A stretch of DNA of 64,000 bases, from positions 12,240-76,239 of IMG/VR virus record IMGVR_UViG_3300020463_000014; one strand, 5' to 3'. Positions 12,101 through 21,307 of the stretch are shown here, one piece after another. Numbering within the stretch: position 1 is the stretch's first letter; each line of letters opens with the position of its first letter. The stretch comes from a virus (Duplodnaviria; Caudoviricetes). The notes under the pieces were generated by a model, which saw only the letters and a list, made by a program, of their open reading frames with translations, was not told where the DNA came from and ran no database searches. The translations under genes were made by a program, and so were the position numbers.

Positions 12101-15100
12101 AAAGTATTATAGCCAATGCCTTGTGATTGATAACCAACTTCATTACTATCCCATGTTACATTTGTTCCATCAACTTCACCAGCTCTGAAAGCGCCATATT
12201 CTGGGATCCACATAAGTCTTGAACCAGCACCAATTTGAGTACCAGTTTTACTTAATGGAACAACACCAGCTTTTGGATGTTGAGCAATAGTTGCAATATT
12301 TGAGCTAAGGAATAATACATTACCAGAATCCACTGCAAATCTTGTTGTTGGATCATTTGGATGAATAGTATTCTTTTGACCAACAATTACAGCACCTTCT
12401 TCATCATAATAAATTTGTTGATTACCACCTGCTGGACCTATTCTATTCCAAGGAGTAATTAATCTTTCGCCAATATAAGTTGAATCTATAACTCTCATAA
12501 GGTTAGAATCGAAAGATCTTCCAATATAAGGATTAACTAAATTAAAACCTAGCGCTGAATCATAAGAAGATGGATAATAAGGGCCAAAATAGAATTCAGC
12601 GCTATCTCCGGCCGTCATAGTTTGATTAGTATTATCCCAAAGTAGTCCGCCATTAATTACTCTATAATCAGAATCAGCTCTGCGAGTACCACCAAATAAT
12701 AACCCGCCGTTTTGTATTTTAGCAATTTTACCGTCTACAGTAAATCCAGTTTTAAATATTGCACTATCTTTAAATGTAAATTGAGTATTCGTCTGAGCGG
12801 AACCACTATCTTCACCAGTAGCACTTTTGCTACTTGTAATATTAAGATTACCACTTAAGGTAATAGGTGGATTTTCTAATTGAAACCCTGATGCTACTGT
12901 AAGAGGACCTCTAACTGTAAGTGACGCATCATTCTTTCTACTTCTTGCTTCAACTCTAATTACATCATTTAATTTTAATCTTGTATTTGCGGTAGAGTCA
13001 AAGATATGAATAAGACTATTAGATACTTCTTCCCATTTTTCTCCATCTGATTCAAGTTCAACACCATTAATATATACTTTTGTTAGACCATTTTTAACAT
13101 AGTTAAGAATTTTACTTGGGCTTGAGTTGTCACTATCTTGAAGTCTCAAAGCAGTAAGATTTGGAGTACCTTTAAGAGATGTTATTTGGTGATGCAGTCC
13201 TCTATTATCAATTCTAATATCTGTTATACTAGAAGTATTTAATCGAGGTGTGCCTGTACCCCATTGAGGAAGTGATGCTAGCCTTAATTCAATAGTATTG
13301 GTTCCAGTTACTACAAAATCTCCAGTTTGGACGCCGAGAGCTGCGCTTCCTGTACCATGCTGTAAACCTCCAGCTTGCAGTGGACCTACAGAATCGCCTA
13401 TAGCAGACCAAGTACCAGGTCTAAATGATACTACAATATGACTATCATCTAAAGCTGGACCAGGTATTCCAATTATAGTAATTGAAGAATCACCGAGTGG
13501 TAAATTGGTATCTGTTCCGGATGCGATTGCAAGAAATGATGCTAAAGTTCCATCAGTATTACTAATGGTTTTATGACCTCTTGAAACTACATAGCTATCA
13601 GCATGATCAATCGTAGGATCTTGATTATCAATAAAATTAAATATAAATGTATCGTCTGGTGTTATTGTATGTCCTTCAATAAGGCTATGTCCACCAGCAC
13701 TAAATCCAGAATCAACTCTTACATCACCTTTAACATATAATCTAGATCCTGGATGATCAATAGGAGCACTATCTGCACCAATTGCAACTTGAGTTTCAGC
13801 ATTAAATCCAACACCACCAAAATAAAGAGTATGACCATCAACAGATCTTCTCCAATGTGAACTATCATTAGCATTATGAAGAATATAGTTAGGACTAATA
13901 ACAGTTTTCAGATAACCAGAATCGATAACAGAAGCAATTACTGCTGAGTCAATGTTCATTCTATCTTTTACATAATCATTAGTAACAATTGTTGCAATAT
14001 AGTCTTGAGTTGGCCAAGCGACCTGAGTACCTTGAGCAGATGTAGTAATAATAGGAGATTTATGATCAATTGCGGCTTGTAAAGAAGCATTATCTTCTGC
14101 AGGCCTATTTCCTAAAGATGCGCCTGCTACCTGATAATTTGGAAGATCAATGCGAGCTTTACCAAGAACATCAAGCGAAAATTTCTTATACTGTATTCCA
14201 TCAACAATATCTTTATAAGCTATATCACCTACACTAACATCATTTCTAGCAATTGTAACAGCATTACCTTGTGGAATGTCTGCAGCAAGAGATGCATCTG
14301 GTTGAAAGTTAATAAGTTGATCGCCCTCTTTTAAGGCCCAGAAATTATCAATAGAAACTCTTGCTTGAACATATGCGGAATCTAGATGATTTTCTAGAAT
14401 TGGAATAAGTCCACCAGTTGGTCTTACAACAAAACTGTCAAATGACATTCTTTCGCCAGTACCAGGATTATCACCAATTGTAAATGTACTACCTGAAACA
14501 GATTGTCTAAAATGAATTGAGCCTTCTACAGTAGCGCTATCACCGACAGTTAATTTTCCAATTACATTTAAATCAGCGCTTGGTGTAGTAGCTACAGCTG
14601 GAACAACTTGAGCATAAAGTGCTGATGATGTATCAAATGTTCCGCTGTAATCTGTGGTAGTAACTGGTTGAGTTAATGCTTGATCGTGAAATAATTCAAA
14701 TACATTAGTATTAGTTATATTTCCAGTTCCATCATCTGGTCCAACAAAGAAAGTAATTGCATCAATAATACCAGCGGGTGATGTAATATTAACTCCTTGG
14801 AATCGAACAGCATCGCCTATTACTAAACCATGAGTGCCACCGCTTGGTAAAGTAACTTCTGTTTTTGTGGCAAATGCAGCAATAGTAAAATTTGATACTA
14901 AGGCTGCAACATTTATAACTTCATAGGTACCATTGACCGTATATATACTAGGTTCGCTTGACATATCAAGTGCTACTGTACATGCTCTATCAGTAAATAA
15001 ATTAAATGTATTCGCATCAACTGCCTGAACAAAATATATATTATCGGCTGTGCTATTATAATTAAAACTACTAGAAGTTCCAGAAGTACTATCAGTCTCA

Positions 15101-18100
15101 ACATTAACAAATTTAATAGCTAATCCGCTACCTGGGCCACCTGCAGTAGCCATCGAACTGGATGGTGCAAGTTTATGACCACCGAGTGGAGTTACTGTTA
15201 AATTATTGTAGGGAGTATTTGCTGTTACACTTCCATTTCCACTAGTGGCGTCAATATTAATAGTAAATCCATCGGGAAATGTAGAAACTGGTGTTGTAAC
15301 TTGTGTATGTGTAACAATAACAGTCGGGGCTGTGCCTTTAATAAAGTCTTTGATATTCACATCACCAATATAAAGTGTAGCACCACTATCAATATTTACA
15401 TCACCATGAATGTCAAGAGTATAATTTGGATTAAATCCAGAAGCATATTTTGCAGTATTATTATGAGGTCTCTTAGCAGTTTTACCAATCATAATATTGG
15501 TATTATTTAAACCTTTATTTACATAATTACTATCAATAATATTAGTACCAGAATCATTAAAGATCTCTGGCTTCATAATTACAATGCCATTAGTTAATCC
15601 AGTTGGAATGAATGTATTACCACCAATGAATATAGTCTTATTAGCAGTACCACCTACTACAGTTCCGCCATACTGCGCATTTGCTCCAGTTGTGTGTGAA
15701 TCTTTCCAACCTGTACCAATTACAATATTATTAGCACTAGTATTATTAAGAAGACTATTATCTTTACCAATTACATAATTATTATCTCCAGCGTTATCAA
15801 GTATATTACCTTCACCAATAATAATTGATTTATTAGCAGCCTTTGGAGCAGTATTAGATAATCCAAATTTATTATCAATACCAAATGCATAAAGTTGAGT
15901 TCCAGTGTTGTTTGAATCTTGTAAATTACCTTCACCTAGGAACATGTTTTGATCTGTTATGATTTCATTACTTTTACCAATCGCAATGGAATGATGACCC
16001 AAGTTGCCTGTTCGGCCAAGAGTCTGTTGACCTTTACTTACTCTTTGTCCAACTCTATTTTTATAACCAAGAGATACAGAAGCTCTTCCTTTGGCATAGG
16101 GTTGTTCACCCATTCCCATAGAAAAATAGCCTAAATCAGAATTTTGATGTTCACCTAAATCTATTTTACCAGCTCTTACTATAGCAGCTCTTGAGCTATA
16201 TAAGAACATATTATTATATGTAAGACTTGCTGGCCCACCATCAGAATCAAATACTGCCGAATCACCCGCATCATATAAAGTACTTTTTAGAATACCATCA
16301 ACTTGAAAATCACCACGAACATCAAACTCAGTATTAGGATCTGTTTTTTGTACACCTATATTTCTTGGCGCAGCTGTAAGAATAAATCTTCCATCATCTA
16401 CAAATGGATTGCCGGCAATTGGAGCGCCACCTTCCGGATTGTTCTGAAAAATATTTCCGCCATATATAATATTGCCGCCAACAAATAAGTTACCCGCACC
16501 GTCAATGGCATCAAACATATCAGATTCTCTACCAATTGATACGTTACCACCTTGAATAGCCATAAGGTTATCATCTACAACAACACCCGGTATTGTTCTA
16601 TTTGGATTACCTATGAGATCTGCACCAGCTCCATATATAGGAGTAGTAGTGACCATTTGAAAATTTATGCTTTTATTAGCAGTATTAGCAATGTGGCCAT
16701 TCATACCAAATGCGTAAGAACTTTGTCCTGAGACTATATTTTCTCTACCAAATGCAAACGCATCGCCGCCACCAACTTTATTATAAGAGCCAATTGCAAA
16801 CGATAAAGCACCACCAACAGAATCTTCCACACCGAAAGCAAAACCAGCATTACTTTGAGCTGTGTTGTTTTGTCCAAGTAGAAAATTAAAATTGCCACCG
16901 GCCGATTTATTGCCAAGACCAATAAATACTTGTTCTTTACCACCATTTGATACAATATTGCTTTTACCTAAAATAAATGTATCATCACCCTTTGCAGCGT
17001 TTTCTGCACCAAGTAAAACATTTCTATCACCACCATCAGAATTGTTTGATCCAATACCAACTGAATATATACCAGTTATTTTATTTTTGAAACCCATAGC
17101 AATAGAAGCAAGCCCGGCGGCTCGACTACTATCACCAGTTGCAAAGCTACTTTGACCAGAAGCTTTAACATTTAAACCAAAGGCTGCTGAAAAAAGACCT
17201 AACTCATCCCAAGCAAAATCCTTATGGTTTGTAAAGTATCCACCACGCGTTGATGCTTTTCCTGGAACAAACGAAAATCTAGATCCTTTAGCTGAATCAG
17301 CAAGAGCGCTTAGTGACGGATCGCCGTAATTAATTACAAGATCATGCGCCATAGAAATCTCGCCAGAGATAGCATCATTATAGTCTGCGCTTTGTGGAAT
17401 TGATCCAACTCCTTGAAAGCCACCTTTTACCTGAAATGGCCCTCCATGAACTTCGAACCTAGATTTAGGTTTATCTGTACCAACTGCAATTCTACCAAAT
17501 CCACCATATGGATAAGTTGCTTTAAAATCTCTTGGAACAAAAAATGCATCGTCTAGAGCGGTAGCAGTAAATAATCCACCACCTGTAAATGGTACACCAT
17601 TTTGTAAGAGCTCGCCAGTAAAGTTAATACTACCATCTTTATGAACTTCAAATAAAGAACTATCTTCAAGTGATATAGCTCTTATTAAAACTGAAACATC
17701 TGAATCGTTAGCGCTAACTCCATCACCTGGAAATCTTCTAAGATCTCTTCCACTATCTTTATGTAAATCACTTTTAAAATAGTTAATAGGTAGAGTAGAA
17801 GTTAATGAATATTTACGCCCTGCAAATTCGGTAGAGTCACCATCAGTAGTTACGGTTAAACCATAAAAGTCTCTGGCTTGAGAATCATTAGGATAAATTA
17901 TTGAGTTTGGATCAATTGTTAACAATCCAGGTTTTGATTTGTATGAACCTACTTTAACTCCTGCAGCATCAACTACACCTGTATTCTTATCAACAACAAA
18001 TCTATACCAGCCAGAATCTTGTATGATTTGTTCTGCAACCATAAGACCAAATCGAGTACCATTAGCTCTATCAGTTTTTTCACCGTAAAATAATTCTCCA

Positions 18101-19656
18101 CCTTCAATAGAGTCTAAATTGCCAGAAGTTAAAACAGAACCCGGAAGTAAATCTGTAACTCTTAAATTTTTAAACATTGCTGGAGAATATGATACTATTT
18201 CTCCAGTTGGCTTAATAGTTAAACCTTTAAAGCTACCTTGAGTATGCCCAATTTTTAAACCATTGGTCGAATCATACATGAAATCTGAATCGCCGCCAAG
18301 TGTTTTGTCAGTGTTAACAAATGGAACTGTACCAGGTGCAAGTGATGTGCCTGGCGCATCAAATTCTAATCTATTGACTCTAAGAAAATCAACATCGCCA
18401 GAATCCGCTCTAAAGTATTTAAAATATGCTGAGTCAGCTTGTAAATCTTTATTATAAAAAAGTCTATTTGTTGTCCAATAATTTTCGTATTGTGTTCCAG
18501 CAGCCCCGGCCTGCCAGGTAAAAGCTGCTCCAACTGGACCACCAACTGTAATACCTGCCCCAGATGCAAATGCAGAATCTGCCGCAGAATCTGCTAAAAG
18601 AATATTAGTATCTTTAATAACGACTTCTGTAGATCTAACAGATGTCATTTGACCAGCAACAAATAAGTCACCTTTAATATTTACCCGACCTTCGGGTGCT
18701 CCAAACGGAAATGGATCAATATTAATTACACCTGGTCCACGATATTCTGGGCTATGTGCAATATTGAAACTATGATATACGGAATGACCACTATCAACAT
18801 CAAGTTGACTAATATATGCATTTGTTATTTTTGCAGAATCAGCATCAAATTGGCCAATATAACCAGAATCAGCGCTTATTCTCGAAATATATGCGCTATC
18901 AACATCTAACTGGCTAATATATGCGCTATCACCTTTTAATCTTGAAATGAATGCGCTATCAACATCAAGTTGACTGATATAGGCACTATCACCTTTCAAT
19001 CTAGAAATAAATGCTGAGTCTACATCTAACTGGCTAATATAGGCACTATCACCTTTCAATCTAGAAATAAATGCTGAGTCTACATCTAACTGGCTAATAT
19101 AAGCCGAATCTGACATTAATCTTGAAATGAATGCGCTATCAACATCAAGTTGACTGATATATGCCGAGTCAACCATCAATCGACTAATATAACCACTATC
19201 AACATCAAGTTGTAAAATATGAGATGAGTCAGCAGTTAGTCTTGAAATGTATGCTGAATCTACGTCCAATTTCCATATAAATGCAGAATCTGCTGTTAAA
19301 CGTTTTAAATGTGCGCTATCAACATCTAAATCTTTAATATGAGCTGAGTCTGCAGTCAGTCCATGAACGTATAATAGATCAACTGCTCTTTCTGAATCAA
19401 GAAGAAGAAATTTATTTCCAACAGCAATACCAGGATTTCCTGCTGTCTCCAAGAGAGTCATGAATTTTTCACCACCAATAGCCGCTACTCGACTTGCTAT
19501 TTGAGGAACTGCAAGTGAATCAACAGCTGGCCCAATGCCGGCATATAAAACTCCACCATTAATACTATCATAATATGAATATGCAAGTTCACCTAGTGCT
19601 AAACTTGAAGGGGTAGCTTGTGTGCCTGATCTCTTAATCTGGATTATAGATGCCAT
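6130..19656 (-). CDS. Giant tail fibre/adhesin, 4508 aa, mosaic
   Basis: N-terminal IQIKRS...LALGELAY fibre-attachment motif. Several YadA-head-like G-rich beta-roll repeat tracts, two APxxLxTLNE(L/F)AxALG fibre motifs and four FxATxxQTxFxG...NGIxL...DY repeats. C-terminal VNLPATATLGDEVRIID...ITIGRNG domain. Confidence 0.85.
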   Translation of the reverse strand: MASIIQIKRSGTQATPSSLALGELAYSYYDSINGGVLYAGIGPAVDSLAVPQIASRVAAIGGEKFMTLLETAGNPGIAVGNKFLLLDSERAVDLLYVHGLTADSAHIKDLDVDSAHLKRLTADSAFIWKLDVDSAYISRLTADSSHILQLDVDSGYISRLMVDSAYISQLDVDSAFISRLMSDSAYISQLDVDSAFISRLKGDSAYISQLDVDSAFISRLKGDSAYISQLDVDSAFISRLKGDSAYISQLDVDSAYISRISADSGYIGQFDADSAKITNAYISQLDVDSGHSVYHSFNIAHSPEYRGPGVINIDPFPFGAPEGRVNIKGDLFVAGQMTSVRSTEVVIKDTNILLADSAADSAFASGAGITVGGPVGAAFTWQAGAAGTQYENYWTTNRLFYNKDLQADSAYFKYFRADSGDVDFLRVNRLEFDAPGTSLAPGTVPFVNTDKTLGGDSDFMYDSTNGLKIGHTQGSFKGLTIKPTGEIVSYSPAMFKNLRVTDLLPGSVLTSGNLDSIEGGELFYGEKTDRANGTRFGLMVAEQIIQDSGWYRFVVDKNTGVVDAAGVKVGSYKSKPGLLTIDPNSIIYPNDSQARDFYGLTVTTDGDSTEFAGRKYSLTSTLPINYFKSDLHKDSGRDLRRFPGDGVSANDSDVSVLIRAISLEDSSLFEVHKDGSINFTGELLQNGVPFTGGGLFTATALDDAFFVPRDFKATYPYGGFGRIAVGTDKPKSRFEVHGGPFQVKGGFQGVGSIPQSADYNDAISGEISMAHDLVINYGDPSLSALADSAKGSRFSFVPGKASTRGGYFTNHKDFAWDELGLFSAAFGLNVKASGQSSFATGDSSRAAGLASIAMGFKNKITGIYSVGIGSNNSDGGDRNVLLGAENAAKGDDTFILGKSNIVSNGGKEQVFIGLGNKSAGGNFNFLLGQNNTAQSNAGFAFGVEDSVGGALSFAIGSYNKVGGGDAFAFGRENIVSGQSSYAFGMNGHIANTANKSINFQMVTTTPIYGAGADLIGNPNRTIPGVVVDDNLMAIQGGNVSIGRESDMFDAIDGAGNLFVGGNIIYGGNIFQNNPEGGAPIAGNPFVDDGRFILTAAPRNIGVQKTDPNTEFDVRGDFQVDGILKSTLYDAGDSAVFDSDGGPASLTYNNMFLYSSRAAIVRAGKIDLGEHQNSDLGYFSMGMGEQPYAKGRASVSLGYKNRVGQRVSKGQQTLGRTGNLGHHSIAIGKSNEIITDQNMFLGEGNLQDSNNTGTQLYAFGIDNKFGLSNTAPKAANKSIIIGEGNILDNAGDNNYVIGKDNSLLNNTSANNIVIGTGWKDSHTTGANAQYGGTVVGGTANKTIFIGGNTFIPTGLTNGIVIMKPEIFNDSGTNIIDSNYVNKGLNNTNIMIGKTAKRPHNNTAKYASGFNPNYTLDIHGDVNIDSGATLYIGDVNIKDFIKGTAPTVIVTHTQVTTPVSTFPDGFTINIDATSGNGSVTANTPYNNLTVTPLGGHKLAPSSSMATAGGPGSGLAIKFVNVETDSTSGTSSSFNYNSTADNIYFVQAVDANTFNLFTDRACTVALDMSSEPSIYTVNGTYEVINVAALVSNFTIAAFATKTEVTLPSGGTHGLVIGDAVRFQGVNITSPAGIIDAITFFVGPDDGTGNITNTNVFELFHDQALTQPVTTTDYSGTFDTSSALYAQVVPAVATTPSADLNVIGKLTVGDSATVEGSIHFRQSVSGSTFTIGDNPGTGERMSFDSFVVRPTGGLIPILENHLDSAYVQARVSIDNFWALKEGDQLINFQPDASLAADIPQGNAVTIARNDVSVGDIAYKDIVDGIQYKKFSLDVLGKARIDLPNYQVAGASLGNRPAEDNASLQAAIDHKSPIITTSAQGTQVAWPTQDYIATIVTNDYVKDRMNIDSAVIASVIDSGYLKTVISPNYILHNANDSSHWRRSVDGHTLYFGGVGFNAETQVAIGADSAPIDHPGSRLYVKGDVRVDSGFSAGGHSLIEGHTITPDDTFIFNFIDNQDPTIDHADSYVVSRGHKTISNTDGTLASFLAIASGTDTNLPLGDSSITIIGIPGPALDDSHIVVSFRPGTWSAIGDSVGPLQAGGLQHGTGSAALGVQTGDFVVTGTNTIELRLASLPQWGTGTPRLNTSSITDIRIDNRGLHHQITSLKGTPNLTALRLQDSDNSSPSKILNYVKNGLTKVYINGVELESDGEKWEEVSNSLIHIFDSTANTRLKLNDVIRVEARSRKNDASLTVRGPLTVASGFQLENPPITLSGNLNITSSKSATGEDSGSAQTNTQFTFKDSAIFKTGFTVDGKIAKIQNGGLLFGGTRRADSDYRVINGGLLWDNTNQTMTAGDSAEFYFGPYYPSSYDSALGFNLVNPYIGRSFDSNLMRVIDSTYIGERLITPWNRIGPAGGNQQIYYDEEGAVIVGQKNTIHPNDPTTRFAVDSGNVLFLSSNIATIAQHPKAGVVPLSKTGTQIGAGSRLMWIPEYGAFRAGEVDGTNVTWDSNEVGYQSQGIGYNTLATDYSTAIGYDAKAGNVSYVGISKGPLHTTASVSVGHTVTNPGQFSVALGKDITNSNKQKSVSIGLEITNTGRTGTGITLDGGIAIGKDLETGIGVVIGKEITGDPGNHNDCFKNTAIGNKLTNTARNSVVIGYNLKGGQGALNIGRDNTGTVGTNSLVIGVNSSASNNGVAIGHTANAGTNGFSVGINTTTGTGGVSFGTSVKSGASGIGIGISSEGMGNSAVAMGRSNVVRGNNSVGIGYGNTTNGNNATVFGRSNSVSRSNFVAGRNNTSIDEATVHGDNNKSINKQSKVWGDGNESLIDNTAAYGDNNKNFKQLSNIFGDDNKDFYDIKIYGSGNFGSGAGSAASANGGYIFGGINQQTGGGNIYGSNNIITDGGDAYGRDNTITDFGYAFGHSNTVDNEAFAYGFANIVDGTTTKAYGFGEGNQATLGGIGIGITTVAANGGITLGTEVEATGVGSVAIGRKIKATGEGSIGIGLDANTNTVSANNTLSIMGGAVAIGKVAAGATYGLDVQDLANFTSNIAINTKPLYQYIQQDVANQAWIRANANATYVRSHIDTSHYRASMPASQYFYNTAGSGYLHTTAPRVGINTATPGYNLDVNGSVNVQSLYWQGDRILDSNQGNQVYLTHQVAQFFIDPDSATHFFDSDYIFARQQNYGFNQYETYQGVINANYINALIDDDRFLDSAEAVSLIASETSNYAFQKNVSQKASEPSNLFRMGVRTNFDPAYTMNIKGIVNIVDGDLQVDGDIKIKQPSGSFVKLETESPLVQTFGGTVYLPAATGSRSGIGIDHNSPGSLYAINVGTDIVGGGLKDGINVAAGMSYYIDGQDIFTSVLDSNFVNIRVQKEDLTASGKLDSDHFKFIIDSDYIKFVADSDYIKFVADSDYVKLIADSDYIKFVADSDYIKGIADSDYIKFVADSDYIKGIADSDYIKGIADSDYIKSIADSDYIKFIADSDYIKSIADSDYIKSIADSDYVKSIADSDYIKSIADSDYVKSIADSDYIKGIVDSAHVDLITGIGSRPVDFGPHQITFKSVGAAAGSLPNPVTYPGMTAVTTSDNKARISKGGSWTAIPLENTNVTFNTILPGGDKLYDLGSPTAAWKDLYISGSTIHLGGLRLKDSGGVFLTTDSLGVATALDLSGANTGQLAEGSNLYYTDARVDSNITGKDLDMGANKILYSNVYATLGDLPSASSYHGMFAHVHATGKAYFAHAGAWIDLASGADITTAINNLIDGAPAAMDTLNEFATALGNDENFATTITALIGSKLDSDKAITLIDSAYVQARVVPAGIDSSAVSGMVDSAYVQARQILSSFDSAEVLQLIDSDYILARSSAGVTTLGGLTDVTYSSPTDGQALVYDAGTSSWIPGTVASGGGSADSAAIIALIDSDYIQARQTSSGAAVSSEYSNFRFTATANQTTYSGADVAGNTLAVTATGIQVYLNGIHLLKDIDYTVSGKTAVVLTTGANVGDDLVITNISTGAKANYIVAGQANFKDYKFRATAGQTAFTGNDLNSQSLSITDSNHQVFINGIRLNRVEDYNVNASTNTVTLTLAAADSDDVIIQTLTTSPTGNVLGAAVSSSVDSAVAALVDAAPATLNTLNELAAALGDDANYAATTATALGTKLDNTSSITSLADVHTTAPTEGQILIWDNSNSYWAPGVLPAGTDSAAVTGMIDSAYIEARTSGGTFTNAVNFANYYYVADSGQTVFSGNDANGAALAIDTANYQVFNNGIRLVSGVDYTVNAAANSVTLNGFTADSGDDLVINTLSQTVTQSHIVVGDTFMNTFKFIATNGQTVFTGADANSKTLGIDSSNFNVFQNGIKLMDSDDFASNPITNTITLTSGASTSDEIVITAIENKASNVTVDAQALFNLVDSAYVIARTPSSTAPDTWIEVTTTPLTLTAGQRLIVDTSTAKTVNLPATATLGDEVRIIDGTGQASTNAITIGRNGHKIEGTDSDLTIDVNRAAFGLVYYNVANGWLFTEK
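9052..9525 (-). repeat. Coding tandem repeat, 27-nt / 9-aa unit (ADSDYIKxI/V), about 16-18 copies
   Basis: Visible in the translation (ADSDYIKFV, ADSDYIKGI, ADSDYIKSI...) and as 27-nt periodicity in the DNA. Confidence 0.95.
18787..19359 (-). repeat. Coding tandem repeat, 30-nt / 10-aa unit (DSA(Y/F)IS(Q/R)Lxx), about 19 copies with a 20-aa higher-order period
   Basis: Alternating DSAYISQLDV / DSAFISRLKG; near-identical 60-nt DNA blocks around 18960-19100. Confidence 0.95.
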
Positions 19657-19696
19657 GAAATAAACAACCTATCTAAATGCTTTTATTATTTAATCT

Positions 19697-19704
19697 TATT
19701 TATA
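19697..19704 (-). promoter_or_regulatory. T4-type late promoter TATAAATA
   Basis: Exact motif about 40 nt upstream of the giant fibre ATG (19656). Confidence 0.8.
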
Positions 19705-19709
19705 TGATT

Positions 19710-19949
19710 TTAGAAGGTATCTCCACCATCTACTATTTGCCCTTGATTTAAATGTTTTGTAGCTGTCCATTTTTCGGTTACACCATTAAATGCAATCATT
19801 GTTCCTTCTGGAATTTGCCCTGCGCCAATAGCAGTATCACTTACATCTCTAAGACTATTTCTAATTCTAATTTCTTTAATAGCTGGAAGAGGAGTTCCAA
19901 CTTTAATATTTTTAACGATTGTACGATTTGATGTTATTTTAATTGCCAT
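19710..19949 (-). CDS. Small virion-associated hypothetical protein
   Basis: 79 aa with AGGA RBS. LxDV...GxxIxFNxxxxKW and a terminal DGG motif, both seen in phage fibre-associated proteins. Confidence 0.7.
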   Translation of the reverse strand: MAIKITSNRTIVKNIKVGTPLPAIKEIRIRNSLRDVSDTAIGAGQIPEGTMIAFNGVTEKWTATKHLNQGQIVDGGDTF

Positions 19950-19958
19950 ATCGTTATC

Positions 19959-20348
19959 CTATGTTGTTACTTGAGGAGAAAGTGTTAATTTTCCTTCTAG
20001 TATTCTTTCAACTACACCTAATCCTGTATTACTATCTGTTCCTTCTAACTCAACATCATACACATATCTACCAGCTTTCATACGGGTTGTTTGTGCATTT
20101 GTTAATGATAGTTGTAAAATATTTTCTTGATTAAGTGGGTTAAATGCTGTAACGTTAAATAATTCAGCTGAATCTGTAGAATTATAGCTTTTTTTAATCT
20201 TACCTCTCATGAGATAATATGATCCAAACGTACCAGCATCTGAATCCCAATTGATTAAAAGTTTTCTACTTCCATCAGGATTAAATAATTCAAGTTGGAT
20301 AGTAACGTCTGATCCTTGGTCGATTGTTAAGTCTTCGTAGTGTGCCAT
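19959..20348 (-). CDS. Conserved T4-like virion structural protein (Ig/BppU-N-like fold)
   Basis: DLTIDQGSD...LSLTNAQT...GRYVYDVEL...RILEGKLTLSPQVT. The ATG at 20348 follows a GAGG RBS and is preferred over the track start at 20354. Confidence 0.7.
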   Translation of the reverse strand: MAHYEDLTIDQGSDVTIQLELFNPDGSRKLLINWDSDAGTFGSYYLMRGKIKKSYNSTDSAELFNVTAFNPLNQENILQLSLTNAQTTRMKAGRYVYDVELEGTDSNTGLGVVERILEGKLTLSPQVTT

Positions 20349-20372
20349 ACCCACCTCTTATCTATTTTACTG

Positions 20373-20380
20373 TATTTATA
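20373..20380 (-). promoter_or_regulatory. T4-type late promoter TATAAATA (second copy at 20426-20433)
   Basis: Exact motif upstream of the 20348 ATG. The second exact copy abuts an 8-bp hairpin, GCAGAATA-N6-TATTCTGC (20404-20425). Confidence 0.75.
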
Positions 20381-20465
20381 ATGCTTTACACATGTAGGTG
20401 TAGGCAGAATAATGATCTATTCTGCTATTTATATATTTTTATTTTCAAAAAGTTGAAAATAGTCC

Positions 20466-20494
20466 TTTACAATCGCTCAAAAATGTGTTATAAA
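20466..20494 (+). promoter_or_regulatory. Sigma70-like early promoter
   Basis: TTTACA-17 nt-TATAAA with a TG extension, A-rich upstream sequence, then an AAAGGAG RBS and the ATG at 20519. Confidence 0.75.
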
Positions 20495-20518
20495 GGTATT
20501 AACAAAGGAGAACACTAA

Positions 20519-21049
20519 ATGGAACAGATCATTTCAAACTTAGAAAATGTCTTTACCGATCTCGATAAAAAATTCATCAAAGGGCAAATTGAATGGGCCT
20601 TAGGACGGAAAGTAGCTCTTAAAGAATGGCGGATGGATAACATCCTCGGACATCCTTATGGCGCAAAAGTAAACGAAGGTTACAAAAATTGGGGTAGAGA
20701 TAGCTGGGGTTTCTACGAAGAAATGTTTCGGATTTGCGGTGGTAAAGGTCACTATAACACAATCACTCAAAATAACAATGCAGGAATTACTCAGATATTT
20801 GAAAAGAACTGCAAAAAAACAATTGAAGCAAGAAATGCTAAAGTAGCTAAAAAGCTGGAAAAATTTGGCATTACAGAAGTTAAAGACTCAAATATTTCTA
20901 AAACCTCAGATGGTTTTCACGGAGTCTTTAATGTAGAAACAGACAAAGGAAACAAGCGGATTGAAATCGATACAATCTTAGCTGGTGGATATAACATCCA
21001 ATGTCTCCACCTTCGTACTTTAGTAAAAATGAAAAAAGGAGTTTTATAA
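20519..21049 (+). CDS. Hypothetical early protein (C-terminal IxAGGYNIQCLHxR motif)
   Basis: 176 aa with a strong RBS. I recall this C-terminal motif from other phage hypothetical proteins; function unknown. Confidence 0.8.
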   Translation: MEQIISNLENVFTDLDKKFIKGQIEWALGRKVALKEWRMDNILGHPYGAKVNEGYKNWGRDSWGFYEEMFRICGGKGHYNTITQNNNAGITQIFEKNCKKTIEARNAKVAKKLEKFGITEVKDSNISKTSDGFHGVFNVETDKGNKRIEIDTILAGGYNIQCLHLRTLVKMKKGVL

Positions 21050-21294
21050 TGCAAGTCGTAACAGTTAGATTTACAGGATCGATGGTTGAACCATCACATC
21101 ACGATTGTCAAATCGTAGAAGGTTCTATGAATATGAGATATGATGTACGGAAAGATTCTTCCGCACTCGTATTATATGATGTACGAAAAGATGATATTAA
21201 TCCGCCAGTATGTAAAATTATCTCTCCATTTGGTAAAGATAATACATTAGAAGCATTTTATATGAATGAACAATGGAATTGTAACTTAGATTAA
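21049..21294 (+). CDS. Hypothetical protein (81 aa)
   Basis: The ATG overlaps the upstream stop (TAATG) and has an AAGGAG RBS, so this start is preferred over the track start at 21001. Confidence 0.65.
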   Translation: MQVVTVRFTGSMVEPSHHDCQIVEGSMNMRYDVRKDSSALVLYDVRKDDINPPVCKIISPFGKDNTLEAFYMNEQWNCNLD

Positions 21295-21307
21295 AAAAGA
21301 TAGTAAT

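Noticed and set aside
3509-18569. Numerous short + strand and alternate-frame ORFs inside the fibre genes
   Set aside because: They lie wholly within long minus-strand genes and are explained by antisense or frame shadows.
19560-19656. Diversity-generating retroelement suggested by the Mtd-like N-terminus of the giant fibre
   Set aside because: No reverse transcriptase and no TR/VR pair differing at adenines is visible in the window.
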